Origin: Antedon mediterranea | Taxonomy: Eukaryota > Animalia > Echinodermata | NCBI RefSeq assembly: GCF_964355755.1 | Contig: NC_092676.1 | Span: forward strand, 21,160,871-21,224,870 | Reading direction: 5' to 3' | Length of the DNA stretch: 64,000 bases | Part shown: one piece after another, positions 51,612 to 64,000 of the stretch | Layout of the letters: each line of letters opens with the position of its first letter | How positions within the stretch are numbered: position 1 is the stretch's first letter | The notes under the pieces: generated by a model | What the model saw: the letters and a program-made list of their open reading frames with translations, nothing else | Database searches by the model: none | What the model was told of the DNA's origin: nothing | Program-made: the position numbers and the translations under genes

Positions 51612-53259
51612 ACTTTCATGGTATTGCTCAAACAATATATTTATTTTGTGTTTGTTTTTTCCAAGGGTTTTACCTGACAAGTTTTACTTCTTGTAAAATC
51701 CTCCTATTAATTGTATATTTATTCTTTTTTTTATTGTTATTTTCTATGCACCATTTATATAATAAAATGTTTATGAATGAATGAAATAAAGTGTTTCAAA
51801 CTGTTTTTAATGTTTCCTTCACAATGAATATATTCTTAGGCGTGAGAAGTGGAATGGAACGTTGTATTTATTCGTCAGTTACCTTGAGAGAAGTAGTATC
51901 AGATGGTATGTTACTGTGATTATAAGGCTTCATCTTGCTAGATTATGAATGTGTGCTCAAACTTATAAATATATGGTACTAAGTGATGTATAGTGTTGGT
52001 TAAAGTTGGTTAAAACATGTCTTTGGAGTACTTAAAACCGACACAAAACGGATATATCTATATTAGCAAAGATGCAAAAACTATCTTGAGATAACGACGT
52101 CATTTAAAGTTAGGAATTGCATTAGTTAATTGACTTCATTTAAGCTACCTTAACACTTATGACAAAATTCATTTTTAGACGTCGGCTTGGTTTTTTCACG
52201 TGCTAAATTCTAGTTTATTTAAACTGGCAAGCAATTTCATCATGGTTTTTTTGCAAGAGGGCGATGTATACTTTGTTGTTCACGTCATCTATAAAAATTA
52301 CAGGCCAGTATGATAGGTTAGTAATTGTAATAAGTGTGAGAGAGTCAGTGATGAAGTAAAGTAAAAGTGGAGAGCAAAAAAAAAACAACAAAAAAACGGA
52401 ACCTAAATCTGTGGAAGGTATAATCATAAAAAACGAAACACAATCAAAGTTTAACGTTTCCTTATGAATCTACCCATGGTGAAATACTCCATGATCTACC
52501 CAATTCTCGGTACTAGGCCTATATCTATATTTCTCCGGTCATAGGATGGTAATATAACATCAAATGTGTTTCACAACACACTTTACATGATACAGGCACC
52601 ACATGTGATGCAAATGAGATAATGTATTACTAAATATTCTTGATACTGAGCCAATGGTAGTATATTGAGATACAGCAGTGAGAATTGGATAACGAATCTA
52701 AGATAAATTTTTATTTTTAATCTGCAGTTACAGTTGGACTTTAGCATCATAATGAGGAATATTTACCCAGCCCTATGATAGCCCAGAGCTTCGGATTCTG
52801 CCAATATTCATCACTGTAGGGAAGACACACGATAAGGTGAGTATGTGAAATAAATGTTATAATTGTTCTGCTATATCATGGTTTCTATGCTCCTAATTCT
52901 GCAGTTTTAAGTGGTAATATACTACTCTCAGGCCTACTACTTTTGCCAAACTATTAACCTCTAGGTGACCACAATATTACGTAATGTTTTGTCGATAAGT
53001 GTTTCTTGCTGTCCAGCGGTAAATGAAATAACGTTTACCGTGTTTTGTCTTTTGTCACCTTGTGGATATTACTTCCCATTATTTCCATTTTCATTCAAGA
53101 TATTAAAATCATAGTCTTCATTATGGTGTACGATATATAACTGACGTTTATAAAAATTATTTATATATATTACTGCGAAAATATTAGTACCGGGGAAAAT
53201 ACAATACTATTGGGATGTTCTCTAACAAAACAGTTTTTTTTTGCATTGTCTATATTTGC

Positions 53260-53452
53260 GCTAGCCGAGTGGTTAGGACACTTGACTATCATGCAGCACA
53301 CAGGCCCCCCAGTCTACTCACCTGATTACCCCCTGGTTGAAAATACTACGGCATGAAAAGGAATTGGCCTTCCAACCACATAATGCTGAGTTAGAGTCTT
53401 GTACAGTGAGCAGAGCTCTGTTCATAATGGTTGAGACTAACTTTTACTTTAC
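53260..53452 (+). mobile_element. tRNA-derived SINE
   Basis: A box tagccgagtggttagg, core ctggttgaaaatacta and (tttac)n tail. A related copy lies on the minus strand at ~62070-62230. Confidence 0.6.
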
Positions 53453-53497
53453 TCTTTTATTCCAAAGCTTATCAGGGAATTTTAAATTATAAAAACA

Positions 53498-56400
53498 ATG
53501 GTGGACTGTAAACAGATTGGCAGTAAATTCTCAGTGACATTCCTGTATGTGACTAGCATATTCGTTTTGGTAAATTATGATTAAAATTATTTATAAGAAC
53601 AACAATTAACATCACAATTGTCAGTTTGGTGGTATAAAATATAGAAATAGATCAGTATAAAATAATAGTACAGATATTGTAGTTATCCATTTATTATACG
53701 AAGAATAATAATAATGTGTTTATTCTTCTACAAAGTACGGTATTACCTCATCTATAAGTATAGCTTAATTACATTTCAAGTGATTAGTAATAAATGGGAA
53801 ATTCCGAAATAAAGCCAATGATGTAAAGTTCAAATTGTTCGGCAAATAAACATTTTTTATCTGTACTATTGATCCGTGTAGAGTTACTCGATACCTATAG
53901 TGTTTACATTTAAAATTAAGAATTTTCAATTTCACTACTTCCATTTAACGCTGACTAGGGACTCGTTCATACGATAATTCTTAGATTTACAACGACCTCC
54001 GCGGCAAAAAGGCTTGTTTTCCACTGACACGCAACGCAAGGACTTCAGCGCAACGCAAGTAATTTTACCAAAAGCGATGGATTATTAAAAAAATATCGCT
54101 TGTCATTGGTCAACTATAGCTTGCGTGAGAACCAAGCTTAAGTAATAACCCCAGATTACCATGAGTATCACTTTTGTCGGGGAATATTTCAAACTGAATA
54201 TATTTTTTATAAATGAAATATTATACGTAATTGAGATGAAGAAAACCGAAGGCTGCCTATATCCATGAATAAAGACGGCGTGAACATAGGCCTACTGTAT
54301 GTCAATAAAATGTTATTTAATGGTTTTGTTTTTAGCTTGCAGGAATAGCTACACTCAGCGTTGGAATATGGCTTTTCACGGTATCTGATAACATTTCATA
54401 CCTTCTTGATGAAGTTACGTTATTTGTGGTCGCCATTATGACAATAGTAGTGGGCACGTTATCAATTCTTGCCGGCTTATTTGGTTTTTACGGTAATTCA
54501 AGAAAAAATAAATACATCATAATAACGGTAATTCTTTTTCAATAGGCTATTCAAGATGTATTGTCCCCTGAAAAATAAGAATAATAATTCTTAACATTTT
54601 TGTTGAATATGCCATTTTAATGTAACATAATAGTTATTCACTTTGAACAAAAATTTGATTAAAAAAAAATGTATTTACCTGAAAAAACTGTAATTTAGAG
54701 CAAAAGTGTTCACATTGGTGGGGTGGGTTGCCAGTCAGTAGGTTTTTGGTTGAATTTTATCATTTATTTTCTCAATTTATAGGTGAAAAAATTATTTTTT
54801 TTCCATTTTTTTTCTATGGAAGTGATTAACTTTATTAAAACTACGAAATAACGTATTCAAAGTCTGATTTTAATCGTTATTTTTCATGTTTTTGGGGGAC
54901 AATACATCTTTAAAATACTTTTCAACGTGTAAACTAATCGATTCATATATTGGTATCTTAAAGGGACTGTTATATTGCTTTAGTTTTTATTGTTACGCCA
55001 CTGTATTTTGTTTCAGTATGCGATCGTGGTAGCTTTTATCATTTCTGTAGAGTTTGGCGCAGGAGTCACAGCGCTGGTTTATCAAGATAAGGTAGGTAGA
55101 TAAGCCTAATATCATAGGCATAATCAATATTTATCAAATTTTAGAACCATGCCTTTGGACACCGCATGAGGGGCAAGGATTTAACATTACGATCAAGCCC
55201 CGGGGACACTTCTATTAAGGGGACATTTGTTGGGTCGATCCAGAATGTGTCCCCTACGAAGTTATGTATTTAGATTGCAATGAGTAATTCAATTCCAATT
55301 TCTTATATCTTGGAAAAAAATCATCCATAATATAGGATACTTCTCCATCTACAATACATTTTTTAGTTATAGAGCACTATGCTTGACCAAACGTAAACTG
55401 AACGATTTTCAGAAAATGAAAAACGTGTCAGAGTCGTCTTCCGTTCCGTTATTTTGAATACCAGTAGCCTATAACAATATATTGGCCATCCTTTTTTGCA
55501 ATTCTATCATATTTCCAGGTACGCTATGAGTTAGAAGATAATCTAGAGTATATGATTCGGTATGAATACACCACATCATACCGTGTAACAGAAGCGAAAT
55601 CGGCTATAGATTATCTCCAAAATGAAGTAAGATTTTTACATTGCTTATATAAACAGATAATTGTGTTTAAAATAGATAAACAGTACTTATAGTACAGCTT
55701 TATCAGTTATTTCATGATTCATCGCGACGTATGTACATTTAATCTCTAGTGTAAGTGTTGTGGAGCTGATGGCCCTATAGATTGGTACCAATCAGCGTAT
55801 TATTGGGATACAGGGAAGAAGGTTCCGGAATCCTGCTGTGCCCAAGGAAAAGATTGCGTGGACGATTCCTCGTATCGTAGTAGCGGCATTTACCAGGAGG
55901 TGAGTTTGACCAAGGCAATCTGACAAGATGATGAGCTCCGGAGATCAAAGGGGTTATCCGTGACTGCGACAGTTCCACACCCTGTTACGAGTTCCTATCT
56001 TGGTAAGGCGAGCTCACTGTCCTCGTTAGATTGCCTTCGTTTGACAATGGAAATAAAATTTATTCTTAAACGTCATCGTTAATATTTCTATGGTATTATA
56101 TCTTTAGTGTAAAAAAATAGAGTTTATAAATCTATTGATATGCCTATTTTAAAATCAATCCAATCAAATCGACATGAACATTATTGATGTTATTAGGCCT
56201 ACCGTTATTACCGATTTCTTGATAAATGTTTGTTTAGGGATGTACGGTTAAAGGAGGCGACTGGATGCAAGAAAACTTGGTTGTAGCCGGAGCAACCTGC
56301 TTAGCGATTATACCTGTCCACGTAAGTAGGCCTACTATTGCAAAATATCTTCTATTCCCTTTAAATATTTGTGATGGCATTGTAGATTCCAAAATGATAT

Positions 56401-56808
56401 AGAAGGTCAAAAAACCAGATATCCTTTATTCTAAATTAAATAAAAAATGACATTGAATTGCGGTAAGTAATGTAAGTGGATTCGGTATGCGTTTTTAAAG
56501 CTTGGTTCCCACATGGACAACGTTGGCGCAACGCAAGTGAGTTGACCAATCACATGCGACAGTACGGATGACCTGGGTTTATGTCTAAGTGCAAATCAAG
56601 CTTTAGTACTGTCATTCAAAACTAGGAAAATGTGATAATCCCGTTGGTCTCATACTCTTTTGTAGAGGTTTAGATTTCAAATGTGTTGTTTACTTCGACC
56701 AAAATGTACATTTATTCTTCTTTTTTTAATTCTCTGCAGGGAATTGCTATACTGGCGGTGGTATGTTTTCGGTGGTTAGTTCCAACAGACCTCAGCAGAT
56801 TACTATGA
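53498..56808 (+). CDS. Tetraspanin family protein A (249 aa, divergent)
   Basis: Exons 53498-53569, 54336-54527, 55017-55091, 55519-55626, 55750-55899, 56238-56321 and 56740-56808 (TGA), all phase 0 and GT-AG. Four hydrophobic segments. EC2 has IDYLQ..KCCG..G..DW, VPESCC and YQEGC. The first exon aligns with exon 1 of the neighbouring tetraspanin. Confidence 0.92.
54010..54140. mobile_element. MITE family A copy in tetraspanin A intron
   Basis: ggcttgttttccactgacacgcaacgcaagg...cgcttgtcattggtcaa...gagaaccaagctta. Confidence 0.65.
54554..54909. mobile_element. Kolobok-like element (inverted copy of 28734-28980) in tetraspanin A intron
   Basis: TIR agatgtattgtcccc / ggggacaatacatct, flanked by TTCA and TTAA. 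Confidence 0.75.
56498..56604. mobile_element. Short MITE family A copy
   Basis: aagcttggttcccac...caacgcaagtgagttgaccaatcac...caagcttta. Confidence 0.6.
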
Positions 56809-58199
56809 TAACGCCTCGTGTTTACCTATTAAGCAAGTTCCCCACCCTACTTAATTTCAGTTTTGTAATTTTATAACGATTTTTTTTTACTATTTCCTAT
56901 ATTATACGAATGTACTTCATTATAGATATGGTGTGATATGCAGATTGTTGAAATATAACTTTTAATGAATTGTAACTTTAATCGTTATAATAGCTTTAAT
57001 AATAATGTAAAGCAGCAGTGTTTACATATATTTAATATGATATAGATAAACCTCTTGAATGGCACATTATAGTTTTGGAACAGCGCCCTCATGATGTATA
57101 GAACGGCACGAGTTCGAAGTTTGGATAGATGGCGTTTGTTTGCCCTTATCTATTTAAATCATGGAGGATGTTTAAATTGACTACCGTACCTAACCCAGCT
57201 TAAAATGTTTCCGTGGAAACAGTACCAAGACATCGGTACCGAAGGACGCGCTTTATACTAATACATGTATTTCTCTTTCTTTCCTTTTTTTTCATACAAT
57301 AAAATAATAATACAGTAATAATAATAATATACTAACATATAGCGCACTTTTCATGAAAAAAAAACATGATTAACCGGCGCTTTACATAAAAATACATCAA
57401 GACAAAATTAAAGAATATATTTTGGAGAGACTGAATAGAAAGTGTAGTGTTCAAATTAGATTGAATTTGGTAGCTAAATAAACGCACTTTTATACATAAA
57501 AGCTTGTCACTGAAACAAAAAAAATAAATATGATACTTGGTGTCTGCAGGGAGATGTAAACTATTTTACATTCTCTGGTGTCTGGCGGCGTTATTTTCGA
57601 TTCATGACGCGTGTAAAAAGTAGATCACAACAAGACAGGAAAGAATATTTTTACTCTTCTCTGATTACAATCATACATTTATTTATTTTGGGCTAAAAAT
57701 TAAACTGACGTTTACTATTTCAAATTAAATAGTTAATTAATTAATCTTGCATCAATGAAATGTTATTAAGAAAAAGTAAGTTTACAGATATGTTTAGTAG
57801 CTGTTCTTGCTTTTAAGAGTTAGAGAAAATATTATGTACGTCTTTGCTATTAAATTTTATTTACATTACATATGTGAAGTTATCTCTTAGTCCGATTTTC
57901 TGGATCGATGCACTATGAACGAATTTAGGAACTTTTTGGTTTCAGTTGTAGGCCTAGAGATCTGCCCCACCAAGATAATAATGACTAATTCAAAATGCCA
58001 CATTTGAAAATGGTTGTGGGCGCTTCCAACGCGTGGTTCATTCAGAATCGAAAATCCAAGACAAATATTTCCCTTTTGTCGAAATTCTTTACGTAAACTA
58101 CACGTTAACAATAGGTTCATTTTGCCTAATCAATAGACGTCCTTCGACCGAAAAAAATCATTTTGTTTTGTAAAGCGTAGGTTTGTGTAATACAAACCT

Positions 58200-58310
58200 A
58201 CGCGCTCGTTCCGCCTGAGTAGTTTAATTGACCAAAACCTGGGAGTGTCATCGAGGCGGTATTCAATCAAATTTCGAGTCGTAGTAAGTAAACATCGCTC
58301 TACGAAAACG
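58200..58310 (+). promoter_or_regulatory. Probable non-coding first exon / TSS region of tetraspanin B
   Basis: CpG-richer stretch ending in a strong ACG|GTAAGT donor at 58311. The ATG exon of tetraspanin B begins at an acceptor (ttgcag 61706) that needs an upstream exon. Confidence 0.45.
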
Positions 58311-60079
58311 GTAAGTTTCTGCTCATATTTAATTTACTTCTTTATTCATTATTCAAGAATATGTTATCAGTATTAATGTGGTAATGGTATTTATGTTGAT
58401 GTTGTATCGAGCAATCCTTTCCGTCAATTGTCACTGTATGAATTTTTCGAATTGTTGACAGTACTTACGTACTGCGGAGATTCATAACGGCATACTGAGA
58501 TTGACCTACTGTAGTTTACATATTGTACACTACTGTACACTACTGTACACTATATACTTTAACACACTACTGTATTTCATTTATTGTTTACTGTTTGGTA
58601 CATATGATGAAGATTGTATAGCTGCTGTGTTATGCTTTGACTACGAACGATTCCATCTTGTCACATTATGTATGTAAAGCCTGTTTTAATTTTAGTACAA
58701 TAGTATTCCAACAAATCGATCAGCAAAACAAAAGCGAACAGTTTCGGTTGAATACGACGACTCGCTCTTCTTTATAGACCTATTATACGTTTTCTATTGC
58801 CACTTCTTTGTAAGAGAGTGTGACTATCATTCTTGCACAGGCAGAGTCGATCGGCTTTCTGGCGGGTTATTTATCATTTATGCTCTCGCTAACACCTTTA
58901 AACAAAACAAATGTATACTCTTTTTATTCTATAAAAACTAGGATAAAGCATATAATTATTAATAATAAAATAAGATCAACCAACTTGTTAGTTCAACTAT
59001 CAGTGTCATTGTTTCCTTTTTTCTATTCATACATTCATCAGGTCCAATACATTTTTGGTAGAACCAATTTTCACTTCATTAAACGTTTAAAGAGCAAGGA
59101 TATGTAAAATAAATATAGTAATATTTTACAACTCATTGGAAAGAGGTCACCATCCATTGAGTTGTTTGAGAGATTCTCTATTGAAATAGTAGACTACAAT
59201 CTACAATTACCAAACCAATCTTTTTCATTTCACTGGACTTATTTATACATAGAAATATTAGCACTTTTCCCCCAAAAAAAATCGGTGTGGTATGGGAGTG
59301 GACGATAACAATTATTTGTTTTTGTATGGCCTTATTTAGCATAAATTAAAATTGAACAAAAAGAGATGATACAATGCTTGTGCGTTTGGATGAGAAATTG
59401 ATGCTCAAATAGGAACTCACAACAGTGGTTGCTATAACAACAAGCTCGCGTTTTATAAACACTTCCTCAGTCTTATTTTGAAGATTTAAGAATTTTAATT
59501 TATAACTTCTTTTATTGTTCAACATTTAGGCCTATCTTATATTTAATAAATGTGCTGTGTTGAGAAATTTATATTCTATAAATATTGTACTGTACTTGCT
59601 AATATATCTTAGGTATACATTATTTTATAGCTCCTGATAAAGTGATACTAAAACAGTCACTGACCTTGTCTTTAACTCATAAATTACATACATTTTATAT
59701 GCTGCAGTACCAGTAAATGTTGTTATTTTTCTTTTTATAGGAACGGCGCAAACACAAAACTTTGCCTTCATATTTTAAATTTTCTTCCCATAGGCCTATT
59801 ACTCAAATCAAATTGTTGTAGGCCTAAATTAGTATACGACGTGTATTTACGTATAAACCACGAGATACCGAAAAGGCTATAGGCCTAGTAAGATGTCAGA
59901 GTGATCTTTATGGTTATACCTCCATGAATCGACTGACTATTTTTTCGACCTCTCTATATAAAAGAATTCGGTGATTAAAACTTATGATAGGCCTATATAC
60001 TTGGTAAAAAATGTTATCCGATGACTAAATAAAGGTAATATAACTTGAATATTACATTTCTGATATTTTTATTCAACTT

Positions 60080-60350
60080 CAGATTTTTATTTTCATGCTA
60101 TAGCAAAAATTATCCACCATATATCTACCATCTTTTTTCACCGTCTAGGGAGTCACCATACATGTTATTACATTAGGTTAACTACCTAACTACTGAAAAA
60201 AAGTCTTCCTCGTTTTTATGGAAGAATTTTGCCAATATTTGTATTTGACCATATTAAGGGAAAATCATGTTTTTTTATCTTGATTTCTGTTACAAATATT
60301 GGATTTATGTACAATTATATTTAAAATTCATGCCTGTACATGAGCTTTAA
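60080..60350 (+). mobile_element. Dispersed repeat family F (second copy)
   Basis: Matches 48268-48545. Confidence 0.7.
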
Positions 60351-61727
60351 CATAACGACCGAATGATAATGATGTATGTCATTCACTTTTGAACAATGTA
60401 TGTTGAGCCAACGCCTAATTTCAGGGTCAATCAAAACTGCTATTCCATAATTCGAGAATCTGTTTTGGTGATTAAATAGAAAGAATGCATGACATAAGTA
60501 GCCCACGGGAGTCATACAAGTTAATGAGCAATGCATCTTTCCTATTAAGTATAGTGCTTGACACATGGTGTTTATATTATAGGCCCGATTATAGGCCCGA
60601 TTATAGGCCCAATTGTTCCATAATAATATAAAAATGCGCGCCTACATACCTAAACAATAATAACACAAATGTATACAACTATGTTTTTTTCATGATATAT
60701 TATTTAGAAAACATTTCCACGGTGGAGAAAACGTACAGTGAAAGACCCATAGTAGCCTATTTTAGTTTTACTGTATTTACAACGTACCATCATGACGTCA
60801 TCATGCAGACGTTATAATCGAAAGGAATTACTTCCGGTTTAATTCAAACGCCCCTCAGACTGAGTTGCATTTGTGTACTAATGCAGCTGGTTTTAAAAGG
60901 TTGACGTATGTAAATCCGGTATGACATAGGTTTGACTCGACAACCGTAATAATAAAATAAAATTGGTGGATAATTAATTTCGGGATTCACTCCCCCCCCC
61001 CCCCCAATGGGGCACCGACTTCGAATATTTGTTTGCGATGAGTTTGACATTTCTGGCTCTTTGTTATATGGAATGTACAGCAATTGTTGGAGGCCTATGT
61101 TTATACACTGTACTGTATAATATGGATAAAAAGAGCGTTGTTTATGTACAACAATATACTGTTATTATAGATAGGTTAGATAAATTTCAATGGCGCTCAT
61201 TAGCATAATTGCAACCATTATATTGCGGTAATGAAATAAAAACCATCGGTTCCCACGACAACGAATACAATATTGCAATTATTAACTGCAGGTTTACGTC
61301 AACGCCCTATCATGTATTTGATTGAGTAATATTTCAATTATTCAGTTATAGGCCCAGGACTAATGTTTATAGTCCCATGCTTTGATTGTCGTGTTTGTTA
61401 TGATAGTTTGGCAGTTTTCCACTGAGGTTCATCGTTATTAAAATAAACAGTTTTTTAACCCACCGCCCCCCTCGAAATACCATACCGTAGGCCATTAATT
61501 ATCTTTCGATAATTTGGTCTCGTTTGAAACATGCCTATCATTATGGTTTTAGGTTTATCCTTTTTTTTTAATCCTTTTTTTTTAATCCTTTATGTTTTTA
61601 AATAAATAATGAAATGAAATAAAACCACCCGTTCATAAGAAACTTAAGAGAAAAGAGAAGTAAGCTGCTAAGCATCATTTTACAGTATGTTATTCTTTTA
61701 TTGCAGAAAACGAAAACCTAGGTCATC

Positions 61728-63990
61728 ATGGGTGATTGTTGTACAGCATGCGGGTCTGGAATTGCTAAAATCATATTATTTGTGCTAAACTTGATTGTGT
61801 GGGTAAGTAGGCCTAATACTAATACAGAACTAACTTGTTGCCCTTTTACTTACTGAAGTAAGTTTTACTACAGTAGGACCGGATGGGAATCAATGAAATG
61901 TCACCTCGATAGGAGTCGTGTCTCTTTGATATGGATTGACCGTAGTGTAAAACTATTCTTCCTTGTTTGTTTCACGAAAAAGGATCCTTTTCTTAATAGA
62001 GGTATCCACTGCAGAGTAAAGGTAACTCCCGTATTGATTCATAAACGTAGGAGAATGAGCTAATTTTACTAAGCCTCGGCATTACGTGGCAGAGTGTGGC
62101 TAGTTCCTTTCTACGCCGCCTTATCACCCCTAGTATTTTCAACCAGGTACTCATTTGTAGCAGAGTATAGACTGTGAGCTGTCGGGAATTGAACCCGGGT
62201 CGTTCAGTATGACAGTCAAGTGTACTGGGGTTCTAACATTCCCCAATAACTGAACAAATATAAAACAATAATCATTCTATACGGTGGTCTTTTTCGTGTA
62301 GGACGACAATATTTATAAGTTGCGTTTTTAACTTCCCGTGAAGTCATTGGTGATGGATCAATACATCTCAATTACCTCCTTTGAAACTATACTATACCGG
62401 ATAAGGTTGGCCACTTAACAACACGAAACTGATAATAATATACGGTAGTACTAATTTCTTACATTCTATATACCAAGAACGTATAACTGTCCTTTGTATA
62501 ATATTTCAAAGAATAAATTTAATGTACGGTAACGGTGGCAATTTTACATGTATTTTTTATTATGATGAATTTTATTATAGAATTATTTTTACGGAATGAA
62601 TATGTATTCATAACATGTTGCTGGGTAACTAGCATACGTTTGCATTTTACGTAGACTACAGAATTTTCAATTGACTCTAAATTTTAATATCGTTATATAA
62701 TATTTTAATCATTATTGTTATATAAATAAGTTATATACTAATTAATTTACATAAGGACTTTCGTTATTAATTTTATTATAGTTTATTCGGCCTTCTATCG
62801 ATTTGAACACGCAGCATGCTGCTCTTTACCATGATGCTCAACATTGCAAGGCCGCTCACAGAACAACAATAGTATTTTAATATTAAACGCATTCAAAATT
62901 ATCAATATACACTAACCTTATATTCCCAAAGGTGTATAGTCATTGTGTACAAACTCAGGCTTAAGTGATTGTGTGGTAATCATAGTGTACAGTTTGATTA
63001 AATTCAATATTCACAATCTACTTATTAACGCAAAGAATATATATTTCGTTATAGAGTAACATAGAGTAATATTAATAATATGTGACATTTTTCTGGAATT
63101 ATGTAGGCCTACTGGCCTAATCTCAGGTTAATGTGTCGATTTGGGATGTAATATCTGGGAGTTATTTTACAACTCCCTGGTAATTTTAAAACTGTCCTAC
63201 AATTTCTTGCTATGGAATCTCACGGTTTATCACGGAAGCTCGAATTGATTAAACGAGGTTTAAGCCTTAATGAAATTGTTAATCAAGATAGGCATGTAGC
63301 AATATTCTACATTTGTCAGATTCAGACGTGCTAGGCCTACATTATATTATGGTGTGAAGCACTTAAAATATCTTTTTCGCTCTACAAATAACGGATTCCC
63401 TGTCATTGTGTTTTCTACGTTTAGCTATCTCCTCTACGTCCTACTGCGACAAACTGATCTTCTTATGTGACATTATTATGACGTCATTAACATTACTGTT
63501 ATTATACATTGATGAATTTAAAGGCTTACTGATTATGGCTTAATAAAAGCTAAGTACCCTTAAACCGAATATCTTGATGACATTAGATAAGTAATACATA
63601 TGTATACATGTGTTATATAAAGTTAAAAATCAAATAAATGTTGAATGTCCATCTGTCCGTCTGACTAATTCAATACTTTAACGTGATGAGGAGAAAGAGG
63701 TATAACTGACGTATAGGTTTGATTTAAATAACAATCTATGGTACCGTACGCAGTACAATTTTTACGATGCTAAATAATTATCATCATTTTCATTTCAGAT
63801 AGCGGGATGCGTGATACTTGGACTTGGTGCATATGTGTACATTGAGGCAGACGATTTCTCATCACTCATTGAATCCGATACAATTTACAACTTTGCCATT
63901 TTACTGATGGCTACGGGTGGATTTTTGTTCTTGGTTGGATTAAGCGGCTGTTACGGTGCATGCGCAGAGAATGTTTGTTGTCTGATGCTG
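61728..63990 (+). CDS. Tetraspanin family protein B (3'-partial)
   Basis: Exons 61728-61802 (MGDCCTACGSGIAKIILFVLNLIVW) and 63799-63990 (IAGCVILGLGAYV...GLSGCYGACAENVCCLML). Canonical TM1 N..W, G..G..W/Y and GC.GA..EN.C motifs. The gene continues beyond the window. Confidence 0.9.
62070..62230 (-). mobile_element. tRNA-derived SINE in tetraspanin B intron
   Basis: The minus strand has B box ggttcaattcccga and the core ctggttgaaaatacta shared with 53260-53452. Confidence 0.6.
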
Positions 63991-64000
63991 GTAAGCTCAT

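Noticed and set aside
52728-52836. Coding exon upstream of tetraspanin A
   Set aside because: Good splice sites but stops in all frames; at most a 5'UTR exon.
13900-53400. Numerous 60-98 aa ORFs
   Set aside because: Low-complexity AT-rich translations with no recognisable motifs or exon chains.

Overview
AT-rich, intron-containing animal genomic DNA, most likely an echinoderm (inferred from the calcitonin-type peptide sequence); it is not prokaryotic. Four spliced genes can be built by hand from GT-AG sites with consistent exon phases. (1) A 5'-truncated ADAMTS-like metalloprotease (+, 1287-8050, 15 exons) with an unusual architecture: prodomain, M12B protease, disintegrin-like domain, Gly linker, 8 TSP1 repeats and 1 CUB, with no central TSR, Cys-rich or spacer module. 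(2) A calcitonin-type neuropeptide precursor (-, 12537-10332, 3 coding exons). (3) A complete but divergent tetraspanin (+, 53498-56808). (4) The 5' part of a tandem, more canonical tetraspanin (+, 61728 to beyond 64000). I found no supportable protein-coding exons in ~13-53 kb. That stretch holds Harbinger- and Kolobok-type MITEs, HINE/Helentron-like elements, tRNA-derived SINEs, LINE tails, minisatellites and a 4.2-kb long-TIR, Academ-like transposon with a 3-bp TSD. Most ORFs in the supplied track are spurious or are exon fragments.
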